Below are positions 11,238-21,289 of a stretch of DNA of 64,000 nt, one piece after another; position 1 is the first letter of the stretch; each line of letters opens with the position of its first letter. A program made the translations under genes and the position numbers. This DNA comes from Methylophilaceae bacterium. Its GTDB lineage: Bacteria > Pseudomonadota > Gammaproteobacteria > Burkholderiales > Methylophilaceae. The stretch lies in NCBI GenBank assembly GCA_026419515.1, contig JANZZG010000065.1, forward strand, positions 8,435 through 72,434, in the 5' to 3' direction. The notes under the pieces were generated by a model that made no database searches, was not told the DNA's origin, and saw only the letters and a program-made list of their open reading frames with translations.

Positions 11238-12604
11238 GAGGCTTTCTCCTTCTGCAGCAGCTCCACCACCCGTTCCATGCGCATGAAGCGAGAGCCTTTC
11301 ACCAGTACGACAGTGTTTTCGTCCAGCATTTTCAACAGCTCGGCCGCCAAAGCTTCGGCACGATCGAAATGGTGTGCACCCGATCCGAACGCGGCAACGG
11401 CATGCCGCGTCATTTCCCCCAGCGCATACAATGCCGTGATACCGGCTTCTTTCGCCGCTGCACCGATCTCCGCATGCATGACAGCGGCTTCGCTGCCCAG
11501 CTCACCCATGTCGCCCATGACAAAGATTTTTTTTCCAGACAGGCTCGCCAATACGCTGATGGCAGCACGCATCGAGGCCGGATTGGCGTTGTAGCTATCA
11601 TCGATGAGGGTGCAGCCGCAGCAGCCCGTTTTGCGCTGCAGGCGCCCCCTGACACCGCTGAAACCCTCCAAGCCGGTGGCGATGGCAGCCACCGTCACCC
11701 CCAGTGCCAGTCCCGCAGCCGCAGCAGCCAAGGCATTCCTCACGTTGTGCAGACCAGGCACATTGAGGTGCAACGTAACATTTCCCACGGGAGTCTTTAG
11801 CTGCACACTGCTGCCCTCGGGCTCCAAAACGTAGTCAGCGCTGACGTCTGCGGGCTGCTCGAGGCCAAAAGTCATGATGCGGTGGGGATAGGCAAGCCCT
11901 TTCCAGAACGGTGCAAAAGTATCGTCGGCATTGATCAGTGCCGTACCATCATCGGTCAGCCCCTGGAAAATTTCACCCTTGGCGCGCGCCACCGCCTCTA
12001 CGCTACCCACCCCTTCCAGATGCGCAGGCTGGGCATTGTTGACGAGTGCCACAGTGGGACGGGCGATACGTGTCAGGTATGCGATCTCGCCCAGATGGTT
12101 CATCCCCATTTCGGCGACCGCATAGCGGTGCGTGTCCCGCATCTTGAGCAGGGTGAGCGGCAGGCCAATGTCGTTGTTCAGGTTGCCTTCAGTGGCCAGC
12201 ACGGCCTCGCTTCCAGAGTAGGCACGCAGGATGTTAGCCAGCATTTCCTTCACCGTGGTCTTGCCGTTGCTACCGGTAATCGCCGCCAGCGGGATGACGA
12301 ATTTGCCGCGCCAGTAGGCTGCCAAATCGCCTAGCCCTTTACGGGTGTCGCGAACCATCAACAGCGACCCAGCCAGCTTTTCTTTATCCCCGTGCAAAGG
12401 CTCCCGACAGACCATGGCCGCCACGGCGCCACGCTCGAAACACTGCGCCACGAAATCGTGGCCGTCGAAACGTGTACCATGAAGTGCGACGAACAAATCG
12501 CCTCCAGTCACCAGGCGGCTATCGGTGGTAACTCCCAAAAAACGCAGGTCCGGGCCCCTCAGGTCGCCTGAGGTGGCTTGGGCCGCTTCCGACAACAACA
12601 TCAT
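11228..12604 (-). CDS. murF: UDP-MurNAc-tripeptide--D-alanyl-D-alanine ligase
   Basis: Mur ligase with [13 protein letters not shown]. The first ATG at 12604 forms an ATGA overlap with the murE stop; the track start 12613 is TTG. Confidence 0.9.
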   Translation of the reverse strand: MMLLSEAAQATSGDLRGPDLRFLGVTTDSRLVTGGDLFVALHGTRFDGHDFVAQCFERGAVAAMVCREPLHGDKEKLAGSLLMVRDTRKGLGDLAAYWRGKFVIPLAAITGSNGKTTVKEMLANILRAYSGSEAVLATEGNLNNDIGLPLTLLKMRDTHRYAVAEMGMNHLGEIAYLTRIARPTVALVNNAQPAHLEGVGSVEAVARAKGEIFQGLTDDGTALINADDTFAPFWKGLAYPHRIMTFGLEQPADVSADYVLEPEGSSVQLKTPVGNVTLHLNVPGLHNVRNALAAAAAGLALGVTVAAIATGLEGFSGVRGRLQRKTGCCGCTLIDDSYNANPASMRAAISVLASLSGKKIFVMGDMGELGSEAAVMHAEIGAAAKEAGITALYALGEMTRHAVAAFGSGAHHFDRAEALAAELLKMLDENTVVLVKGSRFMRMERVVELLQKEKASCC

Positions 12605-14043
12605 GATGACCAAGCCTCCAGAATGCGATGGGCAACTTCGGCATCGCTAAAAGGCAACTTGTCATTACCAATCTGCTGATAGGTCTCGTGTCCCTTGCCC
12701 GCCAGCAGCACCACATCACCCGGCCGCGCCTCACGGATGGCCATGTCGATGGCCGCGGCGCGATCCTCTTCGATGCGATAGTTACCCGACATGCCCGCCA
12801 CGATGTCGTCGATGATGGCGCGCGGCGCTTCATGGCGCGGATTGTCGGAAGTGACGATGACGAGATCGGCCAGACGGGTGGCTACCTCGCCCATTTGTGG
12901 ACGCTTGCCCTTGTCACGGTTGCCCCCGCACCCGAACACGCAAATCAATCGCCCACGTGTTTGTTCGCGCAATGCGAGCAACGTTTTGGCCAGTGCATCC
13001 GGGGTATGGGCGTAATCCACTACCACCAGCGGTCGCCTCCCCCCACCCAGCTGCTGCATTCGTCCGGGTACTGGACGGATACGCTGCAAAACGGCCACTG
13101 CCCGCGGCAGCGGGATGTCCGAGGCCAGCAGGACTGCCAACACCGCGAGTACATTCGAGGCATTGAAGCGACCCATCACCCCAACGAAGGCTTCAGCGCG
13201 CCCCCAAGGCGTTGCCACTTTCATGGTGACGCCATCCTCGCCCAAATGCAGTGCGGTGCAGGACACCGCACCGGCGTTGATGCCATAGGTGAGCACACGC
13301 TTGCCCTGTTGATGCAGGCGTAACGCCAGTTGCGCCCCGAATACATCCTCCGCGTTGAGTACCGCATACTTGAGGGTAGGCCAGTCGAATAGCCGGGCTT
13401 TGGCTGCGGCATAGCGTTCCATGTCGCCGTGGTAATCCAGGTGATCGCGCGACAAATTGGTCAGCACCGCGATGTCGAACTTCATCCCCCTGACCCGTCC
13501 TTGCGCCAAACCATGCGAGGAGACTTCCATCGCGACTGCCTCGGCACCATCCGCGATGAAACTTGCCAGCATACGGTGCAACAGGATGGGATCAGGCGTG
13601 GTATTGACCGCTTCTGACAACTGACCAGGAAAGCCATTGCCCATCGTTCCCACCACGGCCGTCTTGATGCCCAGTTCATTCAGGCACTGCGCCAGCCAGT
13701 GACTACAGGAGGTTTTGCCATTGGTGCCAGTCACCCCGATCACCCACAGGTTCTGCGAAGGCCGGCCATAAAATTCATCGGCGATCTCCCCGAGCCGCTC
13801 ACGCAAGCCTTGTACCGGCAGATTGGGGACCTGCCATGCTTCCTGCCAATCCCATCCCGCCTGCTCCCATAGCACTGCGCTCGCCCCGCGCGCGATGGCT
13901 TGGGCAATGTAGAACCGGCCATCGGTTGACTCACCTGGATAGGCGCAGAACAGGTCGCCCGGCGCCACCTTGCGGCTGTCATTCACCATTTGCTTAGGGT
14001 GTACGCCCAAGTCGCTGAGTTGCTGCAGAATACTGGCGTTCAT
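12601..14043 (-). CDS. murE: UDP-MurNAc-L-Ala-D-Glu--2,6-diaminopimelate ligase
   Basis: 480-aa ORF with VTGTNGKTS and, near the C-terminus, the DNPR motif (TSDNPRHE) typical of meso-DAP-adding MurE. Confidence 0.9.
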   Translation of the reverse strand: MNASILQQLSDLGVHPKQMVNDSRKVAPGDLFCAYPGESTDGRFYIAQAIARGASAVLWEQAGWDWQEAWQVPNLPVQGLRERLGEIADEFYGRPSQNLWVIGVTGTNGKTSCSHWLAQCLNELGIKTAVVGTMGNGFPGQLSEAVNTTPDPILLHRMLASFIADGAEAVAMEVSSHGLAQGRVRGMKFDIAVLTNLSRDHLDYHGDMERYAAAKARLFDWPTLKYAVLNAEDVFGAQLALRLHQQGKRVLTYGINAGAVSCTALHLGEDGVTMKVATPWGRAEAFVGVMGRFNASNVLAVLAVLLASDIPLPRAVAVLQRIRPVPGRMQQLGGGRRPLVVVDYAHTPDALAKTLLALREQTRGRLICVFGCGGNRDKGKRPQMGEVATRLADLVIVTSDNPRHEAPRAIIDDIVAGMSGNYRIEEDRAAAIDMAIREARPGDVVLLAGKGHETYQQIGNDKLPFSDAEVAHRILEAWSS

Positions 14044-15764
14044 CAGACGACCTCCTTGACTTCCGGCGTTTCCGGCGGAATCACCACGTTGGTGGTCGGC
14101 GCGTCTTGCGGCACGGCCAGCATGCGCAACGCCTCACGCATTACTGCACTGAATACGGGGGCAGCCACGGCCCCACCGTAATACTGGCCATTGGACGGTT
14201 CATCGATCATGACACCGATGATCAGACGGGGATTGGAGGCCGGGGCCATGCCAACGAATGAGGACATATAACGATCTTCGGCATAGACGCCATCCACCAA
14301 TTTATGTGCAGTGCCGGTCTTACCTGCCACCCGGTAGCCCATCACCTGCGCACGCGGCGCCGTGCCGCCGGGTTGCACCACCAGTTCCAGCATGTCTTTC
14401 ACTGCATTCGCAGTCCGTGCCGACAACACATGCTGTCCGATCGGGGCCTCGTTCACCTTGAGCAGCGATACCGGCTTCAACTCACCCCCATTGGCAAACA
14501 CGCTATAAGCCCGTACCAGCTGCAGCAATGTAAGCGAAATACCATGGCCATACGCCATGGTGGCCTGCTCGATAGGCCGCCAGCGCTGCCATGGGCGCAA
14601 CCGGCCCGAAGCCTCACCCGGAAAACCGACATGTACCGGTGCCCCGAAACCCAACTGGTTGAACATCCCCCACAACACATGAGGTTCGAGCGACAAGGCC
14701 ATCTTGGCCGCGCCCACGTTGGAGGATTTCTGGATGACTTGCGCCACATCGAGCACCCCGGCCGGATGGGCGTCATGGATGGTTGCGCTCCCTATGGTGA
14801 AAGTGCCGTTGCCGGTATCGAGCTTGCTGTCGGGTTGGAAAGTACCGGCTTCGAGTACCGCCGCAGCAGTGAACGGCTTGAGCGTGGAGCCGGGCTCGAA
14901 AATGTCGACGATGGCCCGGTTGCGCGAACGTCCAGCAATTTTGACGGGATTGTTGGGGTTGTAGGAGGGCTGGTTGGCAATGGCCAAAATCTCCCCGGTT
15001 TTGGCATCCATGACCACGATAGCACCAGCTCGTGCCTTGTGTTGCTCGACGGCGCGTTCGAGTTCGCGATAGGCCAGGTATTGGATTTGATGGTCGATGG
15101 ACAACACCAGATCACGGCCATCCTGCGGCACTTTCACCGCCTCCAAGTCTTCGATGATACGGCCGCGTGCATCTTTGATGACACGTCGACTACCCGGCTT
15201 GCCGGAGAGCCATTGATCATAGGCCAGCTCGATACCTTCCTGGCCAGTATCGTCGATGCCGGTAAAACCGATCAGATGAGCCGTAACGTCGGCTGCCGGA
15301 TAAAACCGGCGATATTCGCGCTGCAAAAATATCCCCGGGATTCCCAGCCGCATGACCTGCGCCGCTTCTTCTGGAGGCATGCGACGTTTCAGATAAACGA
15401 ATTCCCGTTCACTGTTTTCCAACTTTCTACTCAATTCCGAAGGCTTCATACGCAGCAAGGCTGCCAGACTCTTGAGCTGCTCAGCATTGATCGTGACGTC
15501 AGGCGGACTGGCCCATACCGATTCCACTGGGGTACTGATCGCCAATGGCCTGCCGTTGCGGTCCAAAATCATGCCGCGATGCGCAGGCAATACCAGAGTA
15601 CGGCTATACCGCGCGTCCCCTTTGCGTTGCAGGAAATCGTCATGGAGTCCCTGCAAGTAAATCGACCGCCCCAACAACACCATGAATCCACAAAGCAGTG
15701 CGATGAGTAGCACACGGCGCCGCCATGCAGGCAACAGAATTAGCGGTTGTACACGCACCATCAT
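14043..15764 (-). CDS. ftsI: Peptidoglycan D,D-transpeptidase FtsI (PBP3)
   Basis: Start chosen at [24 protein letters not shown] (15764; ATGA overlap with the ftsL stop). Transpeptidase motifs STLKP, SSN and KTGT are present. Confidence 0.9.
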   Translation of the reverse strand: MMVRVQPLILLPAWRRRVLLIALLCGFMVLLGRSIYLQGLHDDFLQRKGDARYSRTLVLPAHRGMILDRNGRPLAISTPVESVWASPPDVTINAEQLKSLAALLRMKPSELSRKLENSEREFVYLKRRMPPEEAAQVMRLGIPGIFLQREYRRFYPAADVTAHLIGFTGIDDTGQEGIELAYDQWLSGKPGSRRVIKDARGRIIEDLEAVKVPQDGRDLVLSIDHQIQYLAYRELERAVEQHKARAGAIVVMDAKTGEILAIANQPSYNPNNPVKIAGRSRNRAIVDIFEPGSTLKPFTAAAVLEAGTFQPDSKLDTGNGTFTIGSATIHDAHPAGVLDVAQVIQKSSNVGAAKMALSLEPHVLWGMFNQLGFGAPVHVGFPGEASGRLRPWQRWRPIEQATMAYGHGISLTLLQLVRAYSVFANGGELKPVSLLKVNEAPIGQHVLSARTANAVKDMLELVVQPGGTAPRAQVMGYRVAGKTGTAHKLVDGVYAEDRYMSSFVGMAPASNPRLIIGVMIDEPSNGQYYGGAVAAPVFSAVMREALRMLAVPQDAPTTNVVIPPETPEVKEVV

Positions 15765-16042
15765 TGCGTCCTTACCGGCTGCACAATCTGGATGCGAGTT
15801 GCATCGGGCACCTGCATCTGAAGACGTGTGCGCGCAATCTGCTCGATGCGCGCATGCATCGCCCAAGTACTTTGCTCCAACTGCAACTGTCCCCATTCGA
15901 TGTCATAGTGGCGCCCGTTCTCCTGCTCCTGCTGGAGTTCGATGTATAGCTTGCGCGCCTTGTGTTGCGCCGTGACCGTACCCAATGCACTGGCGATCAA
16001 AATTGCAAGCAGGATCAAGTTGAGCTTTGCCATACCCCTCAT
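15761..16042 (-). CDS. ftsL: Cell division protein FtsL
   Basis: 93-aa ORF with a single TM ([17 protein letters not shown]) followed by a coiled-coil-like region. ATGA overlaps on both sides. Position is between rsmH and ftsI. Confidence 0.8.
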   Translation of the reverse strand: MRGMAKLNLILLAILIASALGTVTAQHKARKLYIELQQEQENGRHYDIEWGQLQLEQSTWAMHARIEQIARTRLQMQVPDATRIQIVQPVRTQ

Positions 16043-16977
16043 TCCGCTTCGGTACGCTCCGCCACACGCAATATCGCACTACGTGCACGAGGATTGGCAG
16101 CCACTTCTCGGCTCGAGGGGCGAATTGCGCGCCCTACCGCCACCATACGTGGTCGTGGCAGATCGACGGCACGGATCGGAAGATGGGGAGGCATACGATC
16201 CCGCTGCTGTTGTGCCCGAATGAAGCGCTTGACGATGCGATCTTCCAACGAATGGAAACTGATCACCACCAGGCGTCCGCCGGGAGACAAGAGGTCGACG
16301 CACTGAGGCAAAGTCAGCGACAATTCCTCAAGCTCCTGATTGAGGAAAATCCGTAAAGCTTGAAATGTGCGCGTCGCCGGATCCTGGCCAGGCTCGGCCT
16401 TGGGAATCGCACCTGCCACGAGCGCGGCAAGCTGCCGTGTCGTCGTAAGCCGCCCTCCACCTGCGCGAAACGCAACAATCGCCCTTGCAATCTGTTTAGC
16501 AAACCGTTCTTCACCATAGTCCCTGATGACCTCCCTCAACCGTTGCTCGGACACAGTCGCCAGAAACTCCTCTGCCGTCTGGCCGCGGCTTTGATCCATG
16601 CGCATATCCAGCGGGCCGTCCTGGCGAAAACTAAACCCGCGCGCGGCCTCCTCGATTTGTGGTGATGACACGCCCAGGTCGAACAACATCCCATCGACCC
16701 GATTGATCCCCATTTTTTCCAACACACGCGACATTGCGCTAAAAGCGCTATGTACGATGGTAAAACGAGGGTCCGTGATCCGCTGGGCTGCCTCGACCGC
16801 GGCCATGTCCCGATCCAAGGCAATGAGCCTGCCCGTTGTTCCCAGTCTTGCCAGGATTGCACGACTGTGGCCACCACGGCCAAACGTCGCATCCACGTAT
16901 ACCCCCTCTGGCTGCACCCGCAATGCGGCAATCGCTTCATCCAACAACACCGGCGTGTGCCGAACATCCTGGCTCAC
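16039..16977 (-). CDS. rsmH: 16S rRNA (cytosine1402-N4)-methyltransferase
   Basis: 312-aa [16 protein letters not shown]...[10 protein letters not shown] (SAM-binding). GTG start in a GTGA overlap with the mraZ stop. Confidence 0.95.
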   Translation of the reverse strand: MSQDVRHTPVLLDEAIAALRVQPEGVYVDATFGRGGHSRAILARLGTTGRLIALDRDMAAVEAAQRITDPRFTIVHSAFSAMSRVLEKMGINRVDGMLFDLGVSSPQIEEAARGFSFRQDGPLDMRMDQSRGQTAEEFLATVSEQRLREVIRDYGEERFAKQIARAIVAFRAGGGRLTTTRQLAALVAGAIPKAEPGQDPATRTFQALRIFLNQELEELSLTLPQCVDLLSPGGRLVVISFHSLEDRIVKRFIRAQQQRDRMPPHLPIRAVDLPRPRMVAVGRAIRPSSREVAANPRARSAILRVAERTEAE

Positions 16978-17420
16978 AACGAAAAGCCTTCAAGCTCGGC
17001 AGGCAGCTCCAGGCCTTCACCAGACAACGCTTGATCGATCTGGGTTTTCCAGTTTTCCATACTCCACAATTCGAAATGGCTCCCCTGCCCCACCAACATG
17101 GCCTGTCTGTCGATGCCAGCAAATTTGCGTAACACGGGGGAAACGAGCAGCCGACCAGCACCATCGAGCTCGAGGTCCTCAGCATGACCGACCAATAAAC
17201 GTTGCACGGCGCTGGAGCGACGATCAAAACTGGAAAGAGACATCAGCTTGGCTTGGATGGGCTCCCAAGCGGGTTGCGGATACAACAAAAGACAGCCGTG
17301 GGGATGCGCCGTCAGCACGACATGGCCGGAAGATTCGGCAAGTAGCGTGTCGCGGTAGCGGCTGGGCACCACCAATCTACCTTTCGCATCGAGATTTAAT
17401 GACGTTGCACCGCGAAACAT
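16974..17420 (-). CDS. mraZ: Transcriptional regulator MraZ
   Basis: The internal start [24 protein letters not shown] (17420) gives a typical MraZ of about 148 aa with two SpoVT/AbrB-like halves. The upstream 41 codons of the track ORF overlap the operator/promoter. Confidence 0.9.
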   Translation of the reverse strand: MFRGATSLNLDAKGRLVVPSRYRDTLLAESSGHVVLTAHPHGCLLLYPQPAWEPIQAKLMSLSSFDRRSSAVQRLLVGHAEDLELDGAGRLLVSPVLRKFAGIDRQAMLVGQGSHFELWSMENWKTQIDQALSGEGLELPAELEGFSL

Positions 17421-17486
17421 GTCACCCCTTGCCTGCCGGGTTTTAAGAAGAGGATCGCCGACCGCCCTTAGCCCCAGCCAGCGATC

Positions 17487-17521
17487 CCCACAAAAACCCA
17501 CTTTCTCCCACTTCTCCCCAC
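17487..17521 (-). promoter_or_regulatory. Putative MraZ operator: four GTGGG direct repeats at exact 10-bp spacing
   Basis: The minus strand reads GTGGG-GAGAA-GTGGG-AGAAA-GTGGG-TTTTT-GTGGG. On the plus strand, cccac occurs at 17487, 17497, 17507 and 17517. It lies 67-101 nt upstream of the mraZ ATG. This matches the known GTGGG-type direct-repeat architecture of MraZ sites. Confidence 0.7.
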
Positions 17522-17548
17522 TATAGATAAAAAAAAATTGCAATGCAA
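17520..17548 (-). promoter_or_regulatory. Candidate sigma70 dcw promoter (Pmra-like)
   Basis: The minus strand reads TTGCAT (17548-17543), a 17-nt T-rich spacer, then TATAGT (17525-17520). The -10 element abuts and overlaps the first GTGGG repeat. Sequence pattern only. Confidence 0.45.
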
Positions 17549-17867
17549 GCTTTTTTGCAGGTTTTCTCTTTTTCGGTCAAAGAGTTACATCATTTATTCG
17601 GCCGAATTATATTACTTATAATTCAATAAGATATAAGACTTATTGAATGTTGTTTATAAAGTTTTTGTCGCATTCAAACCCTTGGAACAACCTTGTCGCC
17701 ATCCAGATGGCCAAGGGAGGAAATGCAAAAGTGGTTACGTCGTGGGATAGCAGACGTGAAAAAAAGCGGGGGATTGGGTGGGATGATGAAACGGAGTGTC
17801 CACGCCGAGAGGACATGGCTCACGGTGTGTTCAGTTCGAAAAACGGAAGTGCCCAAAACCTGAGGAT

Positions 17868-18159
17868 GAAGCTGGCCGATAAGCCGGGTTCTGTCGTGGA
17901 CAGTCATTCCTCTAGGCCCTGGATTGCTCCAGGGCTCGAGCGACCTACCCGCCGGCAGCGCGAGCCACGCTATCGCCGGCCTATTTGGTCTTGCTCCGGA
18001 TGGAGGTTACCGCGTTTCACGTCCGCCTTACGGCATACTCGTCTCTGTGGCCCTGTTCCTCGCCTCACGGCGTACGGCCGTTAGCCGTCATCCTGCTCTG
18101 CGGAGCCCGGACTTTCCTCTCCCCGCCGTATGGCGGGCAGCGACTGTCTGGCCAGCTTC
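17868..18159 (-). ncRNA. rnpB: RNase P RNA, bacterial type A
   Basis: The minus strand begins GAAGCTGGCCAGACAGTCGCTGCCCGCCATACGGCGGGGAGAGGAAAGTCCGGGCTCC and ends ACGACAGAACCCGGCTTATCGGCCAGCTTC. These are the universal P4 strands, and P1 pairs GAAGCUGGCC with GGCCAGCUUC. The ends are approximate to a few nt. Confidence 0.9.
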
Positions 18160-18237
18160 AATGTTAATTTTAGCATGCACATCGCAGCCAGATCCTTTCG
18201 CCACAGGGGCCGGCTTTTCGATTAAAATGGTCCGACC

Positions 18238-19035
18238 ATGAGTGAAAACATCGTCGAGATCGAAAATCTCTCGTTTTCCTATAACAATCGCCTGCTGCAC
18301 CAAGGCATCAATATGTGCTTTCCGCGCGGCAAGGTGATCGCGATCATGGGAGGTTCCGGCTCGGGCAAGACGACGCTGCTCCGCCTCATTGGAGGACAGC
18401 TCAAACCCCAGGCCGGCTGTGTCAGGGTAGAAGGCCAGGTGGTGCATGAGCAAGACAGTGCGGGCATTTACCGTCTGCGCCGCAAGATGGGCATGTTGTT
18501 CCAATTCGGCGCATTGTTCACCGATCTATCCGTTTTCGACAATGTGGCATTCCCCTTGCGCGAACACACCAACCTACCGGAATCGATCATTCGCGACCTG
18601 GTATTGCTCAAACTCAACGCCGTCGGGCTACGTGGGGCGCGTGATCTGATGCCGGCAGAGCTTTCCGGGGGCATGGCGCGTAGAGTCGCACTTGCCCGCG
18701 CCATTGCGTTGGACCCCGCCATCATCATGTACGATGAGCCATTCGCGGGACTCGATCCAATCTCCATGGGTGTCATCGTCAACCTGATCCGTCGACTCAA
18801 CGATGCGCTGGGCGCGACCTCCATCGTGGTCACTCACGACGTACATGAAACCTTTGCCATGGTGGACTACGTGTATTTCGTCTCCGAGGGTCGCGTGGTA
18901 GCGGAAGGCTCGCCCAAAGAACTGCGCGAATCGTGCTTGCCGTTCGTGCACCAATTCGTGCATGGCGAAGCGGACGGCCCCGTACCATTCCACTACGCAG
19001 CCCCCGACTACCTTCAAGATTTGCTTCATGCTTGA
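18238..19035 (+). CDS. mlaF: Phospholipid ABC transporter ATP-binding protein MlaF
   Basis: Walker A GGSGSGKTT and signature LSGGMARRVALARA. First gene of the mlaFEDCB order. Confidence 0.9.
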   Translation: MSENIVEIENLSFSYNNRLLHQGINMCFPRGKVIAIMGGSGSGKTTLLRLIGGQLKPQAGCVRVEGQVVHEQDSAGIYRLRRKMGMLFQFGALFTDLSVFDNVAFPLREHTNLPESIIRDLVLLKLNAVGLRGARDLMPAELSGGMARRVALARAIALDPAIIMYDEPFAGLDPISMGVIVNLIRRLNDALGATSIVVTHDVHETFAMVDYVYFVSEGRVVAEGSPKELRESCLPFVHQFVHGEADGPVPFHYAAPDYLQDLLHA

Positions 19036-19819
19036 GCATTTGAACACATCATTGCGCGGGATCGGTCATCGCGTCATCGACCGTATGTGGCGATTGGGTG
19101 TGGCAACCCGTTTTTTCATCACAGCCTTGGCGCTGTCTGGGGAAAGCCTGCGCCGATTCCACTTGGTGATCAAGGAAATCTACTTCACCGGCGTACTCTC
19201 GCTCATCATCATCCTGGTGTCGGCGTTGTTCGTAGGCATGGTACTGGGATTGCAGGGATACAACACTTTGCAGAAATACGGTTCCGCAGAAGCGGTAGGC
19301 GTACTGGTGGCACTTTCCCTGGTGCGCGAGCTCGGGCCCGTCGTCACCGCCTTGTTGTTCGCCGGACGCGCAGGGACCGCCATCACTGCTGAAATCGGCT
19401 TGATGAAAGCCACCGAGCAGCTGTCCGCCATGGAAATGATGGCAGTCAATCCGATCGCACGAGTGGTGGCACCACGCTTCTGGGCCGGGGTGATCTCAAT
19501 GCCACTTTTGGCCGCACTGTTTTCCATGATGGGCGTCTTTGGTGGCTACCTGGTGGCCGTGCCTCTGATCGGCATCGATGATGGCGCTTTCTGGTCGCAG
19601 ATGCAGGCCAATGTGGATTTTCACGAAGACATCGTCAACGGTGTCATCAAAAGCTGTGTGTTCGGCGTTGCTTGCACCATCATCGCCCTGTTCGAAGGAT
19701 ATGATGCCCCGCCTACGGCAGAAGGGGTCAGCCGCGCCACCACGCGCACCGTCGTCAATTCCTCCTTGGCGGTACTGGGGCTGGATTTCGTCTTAACTTC
19801 GTTCATGATTAGTCCTTGA
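19028..19819 (+). CDS. mlaE: Phospholipid ABC transporter permease MlaE
   Basis: Polytopic membrane ORF. Start chosen at MLEHLNTSLRG (19028), an 8-nt overlap with mlaF. Confidence 0.85.
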   Translation: MLEHLNTSLRGIGHRVIDRMWRLGVATRFFITALALSGESLRRFHLVIKEIYFTGVLSLIIILVSALFVGMVLGLQGYNTLQKYGSAEAVGVLVALSLVRELGPVVTALLFAGRAGTAITAEIGLMKATEQLSAMEMMAVNPIARVVAPRFWAGVISMPLLAALFSMMGVFGGYLVAVPLIGIDDGAFWSQMQANVDFHEDIVNGVIKSCVFGVACTIIALFEGYDAPPTAEGVSRATTRTVVNSSLAVLGLDFVLTSFMISP

Positions 19820-19832
19820 GGGAGCAGGATCA

Positions 19833-20333
19833 ATGAATCGGACAACATGGGATTTATGGGTCGGCATTTTCGTCGCGGTGGGCATTGCCGCGATGATCGG
19901 TCTGGCCATGAAAGTGGGCAACCTCACCTCCACCCATCTGGGTCCAACCTATCGCGTATATGCCTATTACAACAACATCGGCGGGCTCAAAGTGCGTGCT
20001 CCCGTCAAAAGCTCTGGCGTGGTGGTCGGACGGGTAGCCGATATCAGTTTCGACAACAAAAAATTCGAAGCCTTGGTGGCGCTGGATATCGACACCCGCT
20101 ACCAGTTTCCCAAAGACACCATTGCGGCCATCTTTACCTCCGGCTTATTGGGAGAGCAGTACGTAGGACTGGAAGCAGGGGGTGAAGAAGAAATGCTCAA
20201 GAATGGTGATAAAATAGAACAAACACAAGGCGCCGTTGTTCTCGAGAAACTGATCAGCCAATTCCTGTACAGCAAAGCCTCGGAAAGTAGTACTGCTCCG
20301 AGTGCCAAAAGCGAAAACAAAACGGTGGAGTAA
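19833..20333 (+). CDS. mlaD: MCE-domain protein MlaD
   Basis: 166 aa with an N-terminal TM (DLWVGIFVAVGIAAMIGLAM) followed by an MCE domain. Confidence 0.85.
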   Translation: MNRTTWDLWVGIFVAVGIAAMIGLAMKVGNLTSTHLGPTYRVYAYYNNIGGLKVRAPVKSSGVVVGRVADISFDNKKFEALVALDIDTRYQFPKDTIAAIFTSGLLGEQYVGLEAGGEEEMLKNGDKIEQTQGAVVLEKLISQFLYSKASESSTAPSAKSENKTVE

Positions 20334-20336
20334 CAC

Positions 20337-20966
20337 ATGAAATTGAGCAAGTGGATAGTTGGATTGGCCTGGGTTTTCCTTTCAGGAATGGCCTGGGGAC
20401 AAACCATTGCGCCAGATGTGTTGGTCAAAAACACGACCTCCGAGGTGTTGGAAATCATCAAAAAAGACAAAGACATCCAGTCGGGGGATTTGAAAAAAAT
20501 CACGGCGCTGGCAGAGGAAAAAATCCTGCCACACTTTGATTTCGAGGCCATGTCGCGTGCGGTGTTGGGCAAGAACTGGCGCGAAGCCTCCAAAGAGCAG
20601 CAGGCTCAATTCGTAACGGAATTCCGTACCTTACTGGTGCGCACCTACGCTTCGGCCTTGGCCAAATACCGCAACCAGACCATCGAATACAAGCCATTAC
20701 GCGCCGAACCGAGTGACACTCGTGTCACGGTGAAGACCCAGATCATCCAGCCAGGTGGCCCACCGTTGCCGGTAGACTATACGCTGAAATTGGTTGGCGA
20801 TGCCTGGAAGGTCGTGGATGTCACCATCGAGGGGGTCAGCTTGGTGACGAACTATCGTGGTCAATTTGCCAATGAGCTCAAACAGACGGATATCGCCGGT
20901 TTGATTCAGCGTATTGCGGAAAAAAACAAGAGCGGAACGGTCGTAGAGCCTAAGAAACAAGGATGA
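20337..20966 (+). CDS. mlaC: Periplasmic phospholipid-binding protein MlaC (Tgt2/MlaC family)
   Basis: 209 aa with a signal peptide (MKLSKWIVGLAWVFLSGMAWG). Position is after mlaD. Confidence 0.8.
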   Translation: MKLSKWIVGLAWVFLSGMAWGQTIAPDVLVKNTTSEVLEIIKKDKDIQSGDLKKITALAEEKILPHFDFEAMSRAVLGKNWREASKEQQAQFVTEFRTLLVRTYASALAKYRNQTIEYKPLRAEPSDTRVTVKTQIIQPGGPPLPVDYTLKLVGDAWKVVDVTIEGVSLVTNYRGQFANELKQTDIAGLIQRIAEKNKSGTVVEPKKQG

Positions 20967-21256
20967 TCACGCGCCACGGCAATACACTGCGGGTGACTGT
21001 AGCCATGAACATGGAAACGGCGTCAGCGCTACTAGATGCCGGTACTGTCTTGTTGGGTGAAGGTGAAACCCAGATCGACTTGGGGGAGGTCCCAGATGTC
21101 GATTCAGCTGCACTGGGTTTGATCTTCGAATGGATACGACACGCCAGGAAGCGCAATGGTACCGTCGTGTTCACCCACCTTCCACCATCCCTCGTCAGTC
21201 TCGCGACGTTATACGGCGCCTTGGACCTGATTCCCCTGAAAGCGACCGACCACTGA
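20963..21256 (+). CDS. mlaB: STAS-domain protein MlaB
   Basis: 97 aa with a STAS-like sequence. ATGA overlap with mlaC. Last gene of the mla order. Confidence 0.7.
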   Translation: MITRHGNTLRVTVAMNMETASALLDAGTVLLGEGETQIDLGEVPDVDSAALGLIFEWIRHARKRNGTVVFTHLPPSLVSLATLYGALDLIPLKATDH

Positions 21257-21289
21257 TCGTTCGGCCGGCGTGCATTCCGGTCCTTGTCC

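Noticed and set aside
17647-18241. ORFs 17647..18084 (145 aa), 17924..18241 (105 aa), 17985..18167 and 18088..18504.
   Set aside because: They overlap the RNase P RNA gene and the rnpB/mlaF promoter region. The RNA signature is unambiguous and the peptide sequences have no protein-like features.
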